A DNA stretch of 59,152 nucleotides. Source: an uncultured virus (IMG/VR IMGVR_UViG_3300029787_005093). Its lineage: Duplodnaviria > Heunggongvirae > Uroviricota > Caudoviricetes. A program made the position numbers and the translations under genes. The stretch lies in the IMG/VR virus record IMGVR_UViG_3300029787_005093. One strand, 5' to 3'. The notes beneath the pieces are model-generated. The model was not told the origin of the DNA. It saw only the letters and a list, made by a program, of their open reading frames with translations, and did not search any database. Shown piece after piece: positions 9,776 to 20,084 of this stretch. Numbering within the stretch: the stretch's first letter is position 1; the number at the start of each line of letters is the position of its first letter.

Positions 9776-11151
9776 TACTTAAAGTTTTCTAAATAATATT
9801 TTAAATCTTCAGGTGTACCTAAACACCACATTTTAGGAATATCGAAAGTACGAATTTCTTTCCCATCTTCAACTGCTTCATTAAATACAGGACAAACGTA
9901 AAATTCATTATTAACTCTTATGTCCCTATCAATCATCTGTTCTGCATATTTAACAAAGTCAGAACCTTTTTTCCAATAATAGTAACCAACAGTAGCAATA
10001 TCTGATATTGGATCTTTTTCTGCTACTTCTGTTACTAGTCCTTTTTCATTTATTTTAGCAAAACTATACTTAGGATGAGTTCCTTTAAAAGATACTATAC
10101 CTCCATCTGCATCTGTTTCATTCATCTTATATAAAAATTCATTTGAATCCCATTCAGCATATTGATCTGAGTTTGCAAAAAATAAAGGGTTATCATTATC
10201 TATATATTCTTTAGCTAGTAATGCAGTACAAGCTGCACCTTCAGTTAAACTATCTACTTCTACAATCTTACAACCAGGTGTTAGTAGGTTTAATAAAGTA
10301 TCTAAATTATATTTTTCTCTATGCTCTTTTTGTACAACGTATACATAATTAGCTTTTATGTTTAGGTTATCAACTACGATTTGTATCATAGGTTTACCTT
10401 TAACATCAATTAACGGTTTAGGAAATGTATATCCTGCTTGTTGGAATCTACTTCCAGCTCCTGCCATTGGAATTAAAACTGTAAGTTTTTCGTCTCTCCA
10501 TGCTGGTGTTGTTTGTTGTTCTCCCATTTGAATTTGATTTAATTTATTTTTAATGTTTATTAGTGTTGTCTCTTTTGTATTTTTTACTCTAAGTATATGT
10601 GATTTAGAACGAGATGCTGCAAGTAATCCATATGGTGAATCTTCAACTATCAAAGTTTCCTCAGGTAAGCAACTCATCATTGATATTGCTTTCCAATACA
10701 TCTCTGGATGTGGTTTACTATTCTTTACATCTTCATTAGATATAATAAGATCTAAAAATTCTATTAATCCTAATTTAGATAAAACTGTAAGGCATGTTCT
10801 ACGTATAGAATTAGAACATACTGCTAGTTTTATTCCCTGACTATGCAGTTCTTTCAAAGTTTCAACTAATTGTCTATTATATTTTAAATTAGTTAATCTA
10901 TTGAGAGTTAATTGTTGCTTTCTTTCCCATACCTGGTTATGTATTTCAGCGGGTAAACCTTTTTCCTTAGTAAGTAACTCTAATTTTTGATAAGTCTTAA
11001 GTCCGTCATATTTATTTAAGTGCTCATTCCACATTATTTTATAACCAGCATTAACTTCAGATAAAGCTTCGTTTAAAGCATCAAAATGTATATTCTTAGC
11101 TTCAACTAAAACTCCATCTAGATCAAAAATAATTAATTTTATAGTGGTCAT
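9775..11151 (-). CDS. Bifunctional HAD phosphatase / sugar-phosphate nucleotidyltransferase
   Basis: N-terminal FDLDGVL, CSNS, KPHPEMY, VEDS (HAD motifs); C-terminal PMAGAGSRF...PKPLIDV, VAEK, LGTPEDL (NTP transferase). Confidence 0.9.
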   Translation of the reverse strand: MTTIKLIIFDLDGVLVEAKNIHFDALNEALSEVNAGYKIMWNEHLNKYDGLKTYQKLELLTKEKGLPAEIHNQVWERKQQLTLNRLTNLKYNRQLVETLKELHSQGIKLAVCSNSIRRTCLTVLSKLGLIEFLDLIISNEDVKNSKPHPEMYWKAISMMSCLPEETLIVEDSPYGLLAASRSKSHILRVKNTKETTLINIKNKLNQIQMGEQQTTPAWRDEKLTVLIPMAGAGSRFQQAGYTFPKPLIDVKGKPMIQIVVDNLNIKANYVYVVQKEHREKYNLDTLLNLLTPGCKIVEVDSLTEGAACTALLAKEYIDNDNPLFFANSDQYAEWDSNEFLYKMNETDADGGIVSFKGTHPKYSFAKINEKGLVTEVAEKDPISDIATVGYYYWKKGSDFVKYAEQMIDRDIRVNNEFYVCPVFNEAVEDGKEIRTFDIPKMWCLGTPEDLKYYLENFK

Positions 11152-11155
11152 ATTA

Positions 11156-11187
11156 TAAAGATAAGAAATTTATCGTAATTATACAAC
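11156..11187 (-). promoter_or_regulatory. Bacteroidota-type -33/-7 promoter, possibly giving a near-leaderless mRNA
   Basis: Minus strand GTTG-N20-TATCTTTA, ending 4 nt before the ATG at 11151. Confidence 0.45.
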
Positions 11188-11958
11188 ATTATTACTTTTT
11201 ATATACTCAGTTAAATAATTACCCCAAGCAGTATGCCCTAAATCAGTAGGATGGCATCCTATAAATACCTTACCATCATCCCATTGTTTCAAATTATATT
11301 TTTTCAACAAATACTCTTTCATATGACCTTCCTCTACTGAGTTATTAACCCAGTTGTTAAGATTAATATACTCTGCTGCTTTATCCTTTTTTGGTAAAAC
11401 AAAATCGAATGCGTTAAAAAATAAGTATTTAATGTTATTATTTTCTAAAAAAGACTGAAGATATAATATATCATGAAGAAAATGAGAAGTAAATATATTA
11501 TCTTCTATAATCATATCTTTATCTATTGAACTAGGTCTCATAGTATCAGTAGTTACAAACTTCTTATTTTTCAATGTAAATATTTTTTGTCTAAACATCG
11601 AAGACCATCCTATAACTACAAAAATATCTTTATGTCCTAAATCTTGTAAGTATTTTATAGAGTAAATAGTAGTTTCGCATATTTTTCTATTATCAGCTCC
11701 TAACCTACCGCAGTTCCATGTTTGTAAATTTAAATTTCTACCTAATACTTTTGGCCAAACTTCACTTTCATAAAACTTATATAAAAGTTTAGTATCTTTA
11801 TACCCTGTATCATCTACTATCTGTGTACGTGAATGAATCGGATTACCAAAGTACGGTACTATATCGTACCAGTCTAAAGTCTTTTTGGCTTCCCAGTTTA
11901 ATTTTTGTGAAGGATTATCTCCTTGAGTCCAACTATCTCCCCCTGTTAATAATATCAT
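11179..11958 (-). CDS. SGNH/GDSL-like protein
   Basis: GGDSWTQG block I, GADN, VIGWS, C-terminal HPTDLGH. Confidence 0.7.
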   Translation of the reverse strand: MILLTGGDSWTQGDNPSQKLNWEAKKTLDWYDIVPYFGNPIHSRTQIVDDTGYKDTKLLYKFYESEVWPKVLGRNLNLQTWNCGRLGADNRKICETTIYSIKYLQDLGHKDIFVVIGWSSMFRQKIFTLKNKKFVTTDTMRPSSIDKDMIIEDNIFTSHFLHDILYLQSFLENNNIKYLFFNAFDFVLPKKDKAAEYINLNNWVNNSVEEGHMKEYLLKKYNLKQWDDGKVFIGCHPTDLGHTAWGNYLTEYIKSNNVV

Positions 11959-12784
11959 ATCTTTTTAGTCCTGTTCCTCCTTTAATATGAGTTAAAAAAG
12001 GTATATTATTAAAAAAATGAACATTTCCTATTAAATTAGGATACTGTTCTTTATAGTAATTTTTTTTATTTTCATAGGTTTCGTAAAACCCCGGTAGATG
12101 TAAGTATTTTAAATTTTTATTATTACAAGTAATAGTTGCAAGATGATTATTATCACCTCTACACCAATCTATCCATATATTATGTTTAGTATAAAAATCT
12201 TTCCTACATAGGAACCAATAACAATCTGCAAAAAAATCTATTCCTTTTGGTGATGTTTCTTTTGGAGGTTTTTTGTCTACAGTTATATATTCATAGTTAT
12301 TTTCTTCTAGGGTACTTATTACATCACTTATTAATATTTTAGTTTTATAATACTCATTTAAGTAGAGTGTATCATTATGTTGTAGAATAAAATAATCTCC
12401 TGATGCTATTCTTATTCCATGTTCGTACGCTAAAGCTGTTTGTTCAGCATGAGAGGATCCTTTTGTTCCTTTTTCAAATACGTCTATTCTGTCTTTTATA
12501 TTATCAAACAAGTGTTTATTATCTTCTATTTCTTTATCATTCCATGCTCCTATACTAGGTACTACTTTTAAAGAAGGTAGAGAAAATTCCTTTGGAAAAT
12601 CACCAGTATTATCTAATAGTATTATTTCTTTATTAATATCTAATGAATCAATCTGTTTAAGTATTTTTATAGTAAACTCTAGAATAGTTTTATTATAATA
12701 CCTATCTTTAGAACTCCATGATTTTGGGTCCATAAGTATCATGTTTTTAACACTTGAGTATACTAATATAAAACTTATTTTCAT
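11933..12784 (-). CDS. GT-A fold (GT2-like) glycosyltransferase
   Basis: KISFILVY...EIILLDN...GIRIASGDYFILQHND. Confidence 0.6.
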   Translation of the reverse strand: MKISFILVYSSVKNMILMDPKSWSSKDRYYNKTILEFTIKILKQIDSLDINKEIILLDNTGDFPKEFSLPSLKVVPSIGAWNDKEIEDNKHLFDNIKDRIDVFEKGTKGSSHAEQTALAYEHGIRIASGDYFILQHNDTLYLNEYYKTKILISDVISTLEENNYEYITVDKKPPKETSPKGIDFFADCYWFLCRKDFYTKHNIWIDWCRGDNNHLATITCNNKNLKYLHLPGFYETYENKKNYYKEQYPNLIGNVHFFNNIPFLTHIKGGTGLKRYDIINRGR

Positions 12785-13614
12785 TGAAATCTTCCTCTAT
12801 AATATTTGTGGTTAAATTCTTGTTGCTCATTAAACTTATTAAGTTCTTTATATTTATCTGATATTGTAAGATCAGAAAATCTTCTTAATTCTGAAAGCAT
12901 TGAAGGTGTCATAGATACTTTACCATCTCTAGTTTGATCTATTTCTAAAACTGTAAAGTGTCTTTCTAGTACATCTATACCTTGAAATATGGCTAATTTA
13001 GCAGTAAGTAAATTATCTTCATGTGGATTGGAATGATCGCTATATCCTATTTTATCTAAACCAAAATAAAATCTATAAAAATCTATGTTCTGTAAATTAG
13101 CTTTTTCTAAAGGAGTTGGATAAACACATGTACACCCTAACAAATAAAAATCTATATCCATCTTTTTTAAGTTTGATATAGTTTTTCCTATTTCATCTAA
13201 ACTTAAGCTTGATGCTGAGAAGTATAGTGTTTTAAAATTTACATCTTTTAGTTTTTTCCCGTAATCAAATGCCGGGATAGAATATCCAGATAATTTTAGG
13301 TTATCATACCCTAATGAGTTAAAATATTCTGTATGATTAGGTGTAAACAAAGTAGTCATAGATTCAACATCATGCTCTTTACATTTATCTATAAAAAATT
13401 TTTCATCTTCCCACGATAGCTCTATACCTTTTAATCTTTCATATTCACCTTTATATGGTCTATAATTTTCATACTCTTCTCTCTTAGTAAGCGTATCTGC
13501 TTTAATAGACTGTATTTTTAGTATATCACTATCACAAGCGGCATACTCTATCATAGATTCAAGAATAGACCTATCTCCATTATGGTTTTGGCAAAGTTCT
13601 GATATTATTTTCAT
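12781..13614 (-). CDS. neuB: Nonulosonic acid (sialic acid/KDN) synthase, NeuB family, lacking the C-terminal SAF domain
   Basis: ISELCQNHNGD, KIQS, CVYPT, GYSDH, ERHFT...D; 277 aa. Confidence 0.85.
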   Translation of the reverse strand: MKIISELCQNHNGDRSILESMIEYAACDSDILKIQSIKADTLTKREEYENYRPYKGEYERLKGIELSWEDEKFFIDKCKEHDVESMTTLFTPNHTEYFNSLGYDNLKLSGYSIPAFDYGKKLKDVNFKTLYFSASSLSLDEIGKTISNLKKMDIDFYLLGCTCVYPTPLEKANLQNIDFYRFYFGLDKIGYSDHSNPHEDNLLTAKLAIFQGIDVLERHFTVLEIDQTRDGKVSMTPSMLSELRRFSDLTISDKYKELNKFNEQQEFNHKYYRGRFQ

Positions 13615-13615
13615 T

Positions 13616-14182
13616 TTATATTGGGCTTAATCTTAATCCGTCATTTTTTATATCAGGTATTTCAGATGTGTATCCTAATTTTTTATAATAGTTAATACAT
13701 CCTTGTCTTCCATCTATAAAATAAGGTATTTCTTTTCCTATATAGTCTACAAGTAGTTTTAAATTTAACGTTACACCGAGTCTATCTCCATACTGTCTAT
13801 AATCAGGACCGTCTAATATTACAAAATCTACATGTTTATAAGATTCTAAATCATGTACATAAGTAAACTTATCGTCGTCTATTATATTATTTCCTACTAA
13901 TATAATATTATTAAATTCATTACTTCCATTTTCATTATGATGATCCCACCATTTTTTACTTTCTTCAATTCCGATTATTTTACCGCCATAATTTAATTCA
14001 TTAATTAATAAAGTAAGTACATAAGTACTTCTCCCTCCTCCATATTCTAATGTAAACTTAGGTTTATTTTCTATAATATATTTCATTGCTCCTAAGTACT
14101 TGCCGTCTTTATCAGATAATATTTTATACCATTCGCTGTTAGGTGATGATTCTAAATAATCTACAAATTCTTGATCTGTCAT
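13616..14182 (-). CDS. Class I SAM-dependent methyltransferase-like protein
   Basis: LEYGGGRST motif I, IIGIEE, DFVILDGP. Confidence 0.7.
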   Translation of the reverse strand: MTDQEFVDYLESSPNSEWYKILSDKDGKYLGAMKYIIENKPKFTLEYGGGRSTYVLTLLINELNYGGKIIGIEESKKWWDHHNENGSNEFNNIILVGNNIIDDDKFTYVHDLESYKHVDFVILDGPDYRQYGDRLGVTLNLKLLVDYIGKEIPYFIDGRQGCINYYKKLGYTSEIPDIKNDGLRLSPI

Positions 14183-15030
14183 AATCTATTTTTTATTAGT
14201 TCAAACAAAATCTTATTCGAACCTGGTGATGGATGTCCTCCGCAAAAATACTCTCCATACGGTGGGTAATTGCTTCTTTTTGTTATATCGTTAAAATCGG
14301 GATATTTTTTAAAATGTAATGCTTTAATGTGATGATACCAGCAATCTTCTGGTTTTTTAAATTCAGTTTCATTATCAGTATATTTTATATTTGATTCGCT
14401 ACCATATAATGCTGGGGTAATACCGAAAGAAATAAACGGTAGTTCATTTTTTAATTCTCCTAAATTATCTTCTATTGAATTCCATATAAAATAATCTATA
14501 TTTTTTAGTTTTAAGTAGCTATCGAAAAGTTTTATTTTTCTTCTTAATTTTTTTTCTTCAATTTCAGTATTATAAAAATTTTGAGCATATGTTTTAACCC
14601 ATGTATATAGTTCTTTATTTAATGATTCGTCTCCTAATAATTTTTTAGCTCTTTTATATGCTACAACACTCTCCCATGGTTTAGAAGCAGGGAAATCAAA
14701 AGGATGTATATCATAAAACATTTGATCATGTTCACTCCATACTTCCATTCTAGTAAGACCTGTTAGGCCTATAAGTACTAAAGGGTTACTAGATGGATTT
14801 TCTTCTATCCATTCAAAAACTTTTCTTACAATACTTTCATTTGAACCACCAGGTCTAGCGACGTTTACTTCCGGAATATTTAAATGTTCTGCTACTAATG
14901 ATGAAGCTCTATATTTTTTTTGAGAAATCGATGCTTTTTCGATTTNNNNNNNNNNTTCGATTTTATCAAGTATATTTGCTCCTACAACAAAACTACAACC
15001 GCTAGCTAAAACGTGACTATATTTATTCAT
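14179..15030 (-). CDS. SGNH/GDSL-like protein (spans an assembly gap)
   Basis: ASGCSFVVG, NVARPGGSN, LIGLT, GHPSPGSN. Confidence 0.7.
   Translation of the reverse strand: MNKYSHVLASGCSFVVGANILDKIEXXXXIEKASISQKKYRASSLVAEHLNIPEVNVARPGGSNESIVRKVFEWIEENPSSNPLVLIGLTGLTRMEVWSEHDQMFYDIHPFDFPASKPWESVVAYKRAKKLLGDESLNKELYTWVKTYAQNFYNTEIEEKKLRRKIKLFDSYLKLKNIDYFIWNSIEDNLGELKNELPFISFGITPALYGSESNIKYTDNETEFKKPEDCWYHHIKALHFKKYPDFNDITKRSNYPPYGEYFCGGHPSPGSNKILFELIKNRL
14946..14955. other. 10-N scaffold gap, probably an 8-nt contig overlap
   Basis: TTCGATTT occurs on both sides of the Ns; collapsing removes 18 nt and keeps frame (DKIEKAS). Confidence 0.75.
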
Positions 15031-15859
15031 TATACTTCAGTTTTTCTATTACTCTATTATACGCTTTTTCTTGAGATTCTAAAGCTGTGCCTCCAATATG
15101 AGGGGTAATTGTTAAATTATCTAATCTAGTTTTTTTAAGAATAGAAGATTCATTACTATGTTCTTCTTGTATAACATCTGTTGCATACCCTAGTATTTGT
15201 TTCTTTTTCAATAACTCTAAAATTTCTTTTTCATCTACAACTTCTCCTCTGCTGGTATTCACTATAAATAGTTTTTTAGAGAACTTTTTAATAAATTTTC
15301 TTCCAATTAACTTTATATTATCTTTATTTAAATCTATGTTAATACTTAAAAAATCAATATTTTTAAAAAACTCTGGTTTGTTATGGTCTTTATCCATAAC
15401 GTATACTTTATTAAAAAGAGGTCTTGTTAATTTCTTAACCATACTACCTAACCTTCCGTGACCTAATATACCTAAATTTTTTGAATGTAATTCAACTATA
15501 TTATCTGTTTGACGAGGTAGTTTCAACATTAAGTATAAATTATGTTCAGCTGTTGACCAAATAGTATTTAGAACAGGATCGTTCTTTATATGTACTATAG
15601 AGACTGATTGGGCTTTAATATGGTTTAATCCGGTTGAAGGAGAAATAATTTTAGATACTTTAGTATCTTTTAACATTTTGTCTGTAATAGTATAATTTAT
15701 ATAATTTGGTGCAGCAAATAAATAATCACATTCTTTAAATAATTGCTGTTGTTCTTTATCGGTTAAATCAGATAGGTCTAAGCATTTATAGTTATTAGAT
15801 ACTGTTTTTCTAAACTCAGGTAAATGTCTATATGGTGTTAAAAATCCTATTGTTTTCAT
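15023..15859 (-). CDS. D-isomer-specific 2-hydroxyacid dehydrogenase (SerA-like)
   Basis: STGLNHI, STAEH, GILGHGRLG, VNTSRGEVVDE, ATDV, TPHIGG. Confidence 0.85.
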   Translation of the reverse strand: MKTIGFLTPYRHLPEFRKTVSNNYKCLDLSDLTDKEQQQLFKECDYLFAAPNYINYTITDKMLKDTKVSKIISPSTGLNHIKAQSVSIVHIKNDPVLNTIWSTAEHNLYLMLKLPRQTDNIVELHSKNLGILGHGRLGSMVKKLTRPLFNKVYVMDKDHNKPEFFKNIDFLSINIDLNKDNIKLIGRKFIKKFSKKLFIVNTSRGEVVDEKEILELLKKKQILGYATDVIQEEHSNESSILKKTRLDNLTITPHIGGTALESQEKAYNRVIEKLKYNE

Positions 15860-15860
15860 A

Positions 15861-17210
15861 TTAACTATAAAAAGTTTTTTCTATTATCCACTGTTTAAAA
15901 TTTTTCCCTGTTTTCCAATACTCATGTTCACAGTTTAATATAGCAATAGTTTTTTCTTTATTAGTACTTAATGCTATTTGTGAGTTAATATAATATAATA
16001 ATTCTTCAAAATCTCTTTTAAATTCTTTAACTTTATTAGAATTAAAATATATACAAAAACCTTTAAAGTTATGCCTTTTAACTATATCATTAAAACTTTC
16101 ACATTCATCCATTTTTTCATATTCAATATTTGAAGGATAAAGTATTTGTTTTTGTTCATCTGGTTCAGGACCTAGAGGTTCTTTTAAAAATTTTGCATAA
16201 GAATTAAGTTCTTGATACTCTTTATATGGTAAATCTAGAAGAGGACTATTAATTTTCGTTAAGTCTATATTAAGTGAAAGTCCTCTTTGAGTTTCTTTAT
16301 TTTCATAAAACTGAAGATCCATACCTAGGGTTGAAGTACCGTTAAATAACTCTTTTCGGTTTTCTGTTTGAATTTTATCTGTATCAGGTATAGAAGTAGT
16401 ATATACTCTAAACTTATTATTCCAAAATATTTCAGAGAAATTTCGTATAGAAATAAAACTTTTTTCAACATAAAATTTAGAGTGATGATACGATGTATTT
16501 TTTGAATCTATAATTTGATTACATTTTAAAATAGGTATATCAATATGCTTTTTTACTCCATCCTTTAACTTTGGCATTTTAAAATCATACTGGTATGTTC
16601 CTTTTATTACTTTATTAGGAGTATATGCTTTAAGTAATTGCTCTATTGAATTTATTTTTTCAAAGTTTACATTTTCTTTAAGTATGCATTCTTCAGAATA
16701 TTTTTTAGGAATATATAAAAGTACATTTTTTAATGGAGTCTTAGTAAATACACTTGCTTGACATCTTGTTTGACCAGGGTGTGAAATAAATCGGAAGTAC
16801 TTATGATTATCTAATTTATATAAATCTAGTTCTTTACTATCAGTATACTTTTGGCCAAATTTTACTTCTCTAGGTGCTACGCTAATGTGTACTGGTAGAT
16901 TACTTTTAAAGTTGCACTCTAACATTTCGTTAATTATATTTAATTTTTGTCTTAACGATTGTGCATAATCTCCATATAAAGAATACTCAATAGCTCTTTG
17001 AAAAGATGTTTTATAGTTAACTAAACTAGACATAATACCGTACTTACCAATAGTAAATGCTTGTCTTAATATTTTAGCATCGTGTCCTCTTACATCTTGT
17101 AAGGAAGCTTGCCAAGGGAAATCTGTAAAATGGTATATATCTACTTCATCTAATACTTTCCGTACTACTGGTATTGATGATTTTTTTAATGCTCTATTCA
17201 TTATAACCAA
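15861..17210 (-). CDS. Hypothetical protein (449 aa)
   Basis: Long ORF coupled within the operon; no family recognised. Confidence 0.6.
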   Translation of the reverse strand: MVIMNRALKKSSIPVVRKVLDEVDIYHFTDFPWQASLQDVRGHDAKILRQAFTIGKYGIMSSLVNYKTSFQRAIEYSLYGDYAQSLRQKLNIINEMLECNFKSNLPVHISVAPREVKFGQKYTDSKELDLYKLDNHKYFRFISHPGQTRCQASVFTKTPLKNVLLYIPKKYSEECILKENVNFEKINSIEQLLKAYTPNKVIKGTYQYDFKMPKLKDGVKKHIDIPILKCNQIIDSKNTSYHHSKFYVEKSFISIRNFSEIFWNNKFRVYTTSIPDTDKIQTENRKELFNGTSTLGMDLQFYENKETQRGLSLNIDLTKINSPLLDLPYKEYQELNSYAKFLKEPLGPEPDEQKQILYPSNIEYEKMDECESFNDIVKRHNFKGFCIYFNSNKVKEFKRDFEELLYYINSQIALSTNKEKTIAILNCEHEYWKTGKNFKQWIIEKTFYS

Positions 17211-18163
17211 TTATAATCTTCTATATTTTCACTAATACACAATCTTATCCAATCATCTCCTAAGTCCAATACTTTACAGTCTTTTCTTAATTCTATATTT
17301 TCAGGTATATCAAAATCTCCTCTTATATGTATCCAGTTACTTTCAGAAGTTATGTGTTGTATATTATTATTCTTAAATTTATCTAACAAAAACGCTTTAG
17401 TTTTTTTAACTCTATCTACATACTCCTGTATGTACAAGTAGTTGTCTAATAATGTTTCTATCCATTTTAAACTTAAACCAGTAATTTCGTACATATCTCT
17501 ATACTGCAATAAAAGTTTTATATTTTCTTGTTGACTATGAATCGTACCTACTCTTATACCTGCGCTTCCTAATGCTTTAGAAAAAGTTCTAGTAACAAAT
17601 AGATTAGGATAAGTTTTAATTAAGTTAATTACAGAAGTTCCGTTTGCAAACTCTATATAAGCCTCATCAATTAAAACTGGTGCATTTGTAGATAGTATTT
17701 TATGTATATCTACTGTGTCTATAAGATCACCTATAGGGGAAGATGGATTAGATATTACTACTATACTATTATCTGTTATATTATTTAAAACTTGTTCGAT
17801 AGGAAATTTTAATTCAGTATAAGGCACTAGTTTTTTTTCCATGCTATACATGTCAGCATATACATTGTACATAGGAAAATTAGGGTCTGTTGTAACTACC
17901 TTAGATTTATTTTGATATAATTCAAAAAAGTACTTTATACACCTATCACTTCCTGCTCCTAGCAAAAAATTACTACTTTTATAAAAATCTTGAAGTTTAG
18001 AATAAGCTTTACTACTTTTGATATTAGGATAATATCTTATATCTTCATCTTTTATAGCTTCTTTAAACTTAGGAAAAATTATATTCCATGGAGAAGTTTT
18101 TTCTGATGAATGCAACCTTAGCTTGTTGTGGGGTACTTCAGGTTTAAATATACGTTTTATCAT
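17201..18163 (-). CDS. PLP-dependent class I/II aminotransferase or decarboxylase (HisC/CobD-like)
   Basis: RYYP, GAGSD, SNPSSPIG, IDEAYIEF, RTFSKALGSAGIRVG. Confidence 0.85.
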   Translation of the reverse strand: MIKRIFKPEVPHNKLRLHSSEKTSPWNIIFPKFKEAIKDEDIRYYPNIKSSKAYSKLQDFYKSSNFLLGAGSDRCIKYFFELYQNKSKVVTTDPNFPMYNVYADMYSMEKKLVPYTELKFPIEQVLNNITDNSIVVISNPSSPIGDLIDTVDIHKILSTNAPVLIDEAYIEFANGTSVINLIKTYPNLFVTRTFSKALGSAGIRVGTIHSQQENIKLLLQYRDMYEITGLSLKWIETLLDNYLYIQEYVDRVKKTKAFLLDKFKNNNIQHITSESNWIHIRGDFDIPENIELRKDCKVLDLGDDWIRLCISENIEDYNWL

Positions 18164-19167
18164 ATAAGCTTTTTCTTATTTCTAGTTAAATCCCATACAC
18201 CGGGTAAAGTAGCAAATATTCTTTTACTAAACGATTTATTTAATCTATCATATATAACTTTTGCTAGTCTTTCATTACCTGTTTCAGAATAATGAGCGTC
18301 GTCTTTTTTTAGACCTTCGTGATGTAACGTACCTTCGTTTTCGAAATTTTCGTCTTTATTATAAAAATCAGATAAGTCCATTAATTTTAACTTATTAAAT
18401 ACAGCGGGTATATCAGGTAATTCAGTAGCAAATTTTTCATAACTTTTTCCAAACCATTCTCTGTAACCTACCTTAAAACTTTCTGATTGGTTTGTAGTCT
18501 GTATACCCCAATCGGAAAATGGATGATCAAAAAACCTAACTGTAGCTCCTTTAAGCTCTAAATAGTCCTGTAAATAATATAATTCATAAATCATATTACC
18601 TTCTATATTTTCAAAATCTACATAGTGTTCTAAAAATGCTTCTTTATAAGGTGCTTTAGATTCAAATGCTGTTACATTTCCAACTGTATCTACTCTAACT
18701 GGGACAGCTTTATCGAAGCTGGAGTAGGTTATTTCTTTTCTAGTCGGGCTTGGTATTTGAAATACTATAGTATGATTCTTTAACGAATCTACTTTAAAAC
18801 TATAGGATTTTAACGCTCTTATACCAGATTCTATCCCCCAACCTCCATAACCAAAATTATAAACTTTATCAACTTTCATTTTTTTACCAAGCTTACCTAC
18901 CCATGATACATTAGTTAAAAATTTAGTATCTACAAAATTAGTCTTATACTTTTTCTTTAACTCGTTTGTAGCTAATTCATGTTTTTCTACGTTAAGTTCA
19001 TTTTTTGTAAATGCACATCCTTGAGTATGAGAACATCCAACTCCTATTAGTACACTTCCTTTATTACTTATAGTATTTTTTGTTTTAGAAAGTTCTTCTA
19101 AATGCTTAGCTTCTCTATTTATAGGTTTTTCTTTGGAAGAAAATAACTTTTTAATTTTACTTATCAT
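18160..19167 (-). CDS. SGNH/GDSL-like protein
   Basis: GVGCSHTQG, NFGYGGWG, DDAHYSETGN. Confidence 0.65.
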   Translation of the reverse strand: MISKIKKLFSSKEKPINREAKHLEELSKTKNTISNKGSVLIGVGCSHTQGCAFTKNELNVEKHELATNELKKKYKTNFVDTKFLTNVSWVGKLGKKMKVDKVYNFGYGGWGIESGIRALKSYSFKVDSLKNHTIVFQIPSPTRKEITYSSFDKAVPVRVDTVGNVTAFESKAPYKEAFLEHYVDFENIEGNMIYELYYLQDYLELKGATVRFFDHPFSDWGIQTTNQSESFKVGYREWFGKSYEKFATELPDIPAVFNKLKLMDLSDFYNKDENFENEGTLHHEGLKKDDAHYSETGNERLAKVIYDRLNKSFSKRIFATLPGVWDLTRNKKKLI

Positions 19168-20084
19168 ATTACTTTTTTTAATATAGGTGTTAATTCTTTA
19201 TAGGAGCAATTTTTACAATGACTTGTAGGATTATTAGTTTCGCAACCTTTTTTTACATTTAAGTAATCTGCTCTTTCTCTTATTTCTTCTATTGTATTAT
19301 CAAATAGATTACCAAACGGTTCAGCTCCTGTATTTAAACAACACATTTTTACGTGACCTTCAACAGTGGTATAAATTCCTTCTTGAACCCAAAAGCAATC
19401 AGGAAAGTCCCATTCTTTTTTTCCTTTAATAGCATGACCCCAGTTCTTCTTTAAATATAGTAAATCTTTTTCAGAATAACCACCAACTAATGATTTATCT
19501 TCTGACCAGTCCTGAGCTATATTTAATCTTAATTCTTCTAAATTATACTTATCTACTATCTCTTTTTGTATAATCTTAATATCTTTTATATTGTCTGGAT
19601 TAACTACATAATTACAAGTAACTCTGCATCCATGTCTATCCATATTCTTAAAGTCTGCTAAAAACTTTTCTAACTTACTCCACTTTGCTGGAGCTCTATC
19701 TCTTTCGTATGATTCTTTATACCCGTCTATACTAAAATATAAAAGATCTATATACTTCATACTATTTTCAAACTTAATTCCCATTTTAGTACCAGGCTTA
19801 ACCGGGTATTGAATATTGGTAGCTACGATTAAAAAAGCATCTGGGAAGAACTCTTTAAATATTTTACAAACTTCATCAAATTGAGGATGCAACATTGGTT
19901 CCCCCATTCCCATAAGTTTAGCTTCTTTTATTGGATGGTGTGATAAACCTTCTAACATCTTTCTATATTTAGGAATAGGCATATGCTGTAGAGCACCTAT
20001 AACTTCATGTCTGTTACAGAATGAGCATTGTAGATTACAGTAATTTGTAGTCTCTAAATATGCATATGTTATCGGTTTACTCAT
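19164..20084 (-). CDS. Radical SAM protein with SPASM/twitch domain
   Basis: CNLQCSFC, GMGEPMLH, C-terminal C...GHVKMCC...GNL...CKNC. Confidence 0.9.
   Translation of the reverse strand: MSKPITYAYLETTNYCNLQCSFCNRHEVIGALQHMPIPKYRKMLEGLSHHPIKEAKLMGMGEPMLHPQFDEVCKIFKEFFPDAFLIVATNIQYPVKPGTKMGIKFENSMKYIDLLYFSIDGYKESYERDRAPAKWSKLEKFLADFKNMDRHGCRVTCNYVVNPDNIKDIKIIQKEIVDKYNLEELRLNIAQDWSEDKSLVGGYSEKDLLYLKKNWGHAIKGKKEWDFPDCFWVQEGIYTTVEGHVKMCCLNTGAEPFGNLFDNTIEEIRERADYLNVKKGCETNNPTSHCKNCSYKELTPILKKVI

Noticed and set aside
14946..14955. N run suggesting missing sequence or a variable site
   Set aside because: The flanks share TTCGATTT and collapse in frame; most likely a scaffolding artefact
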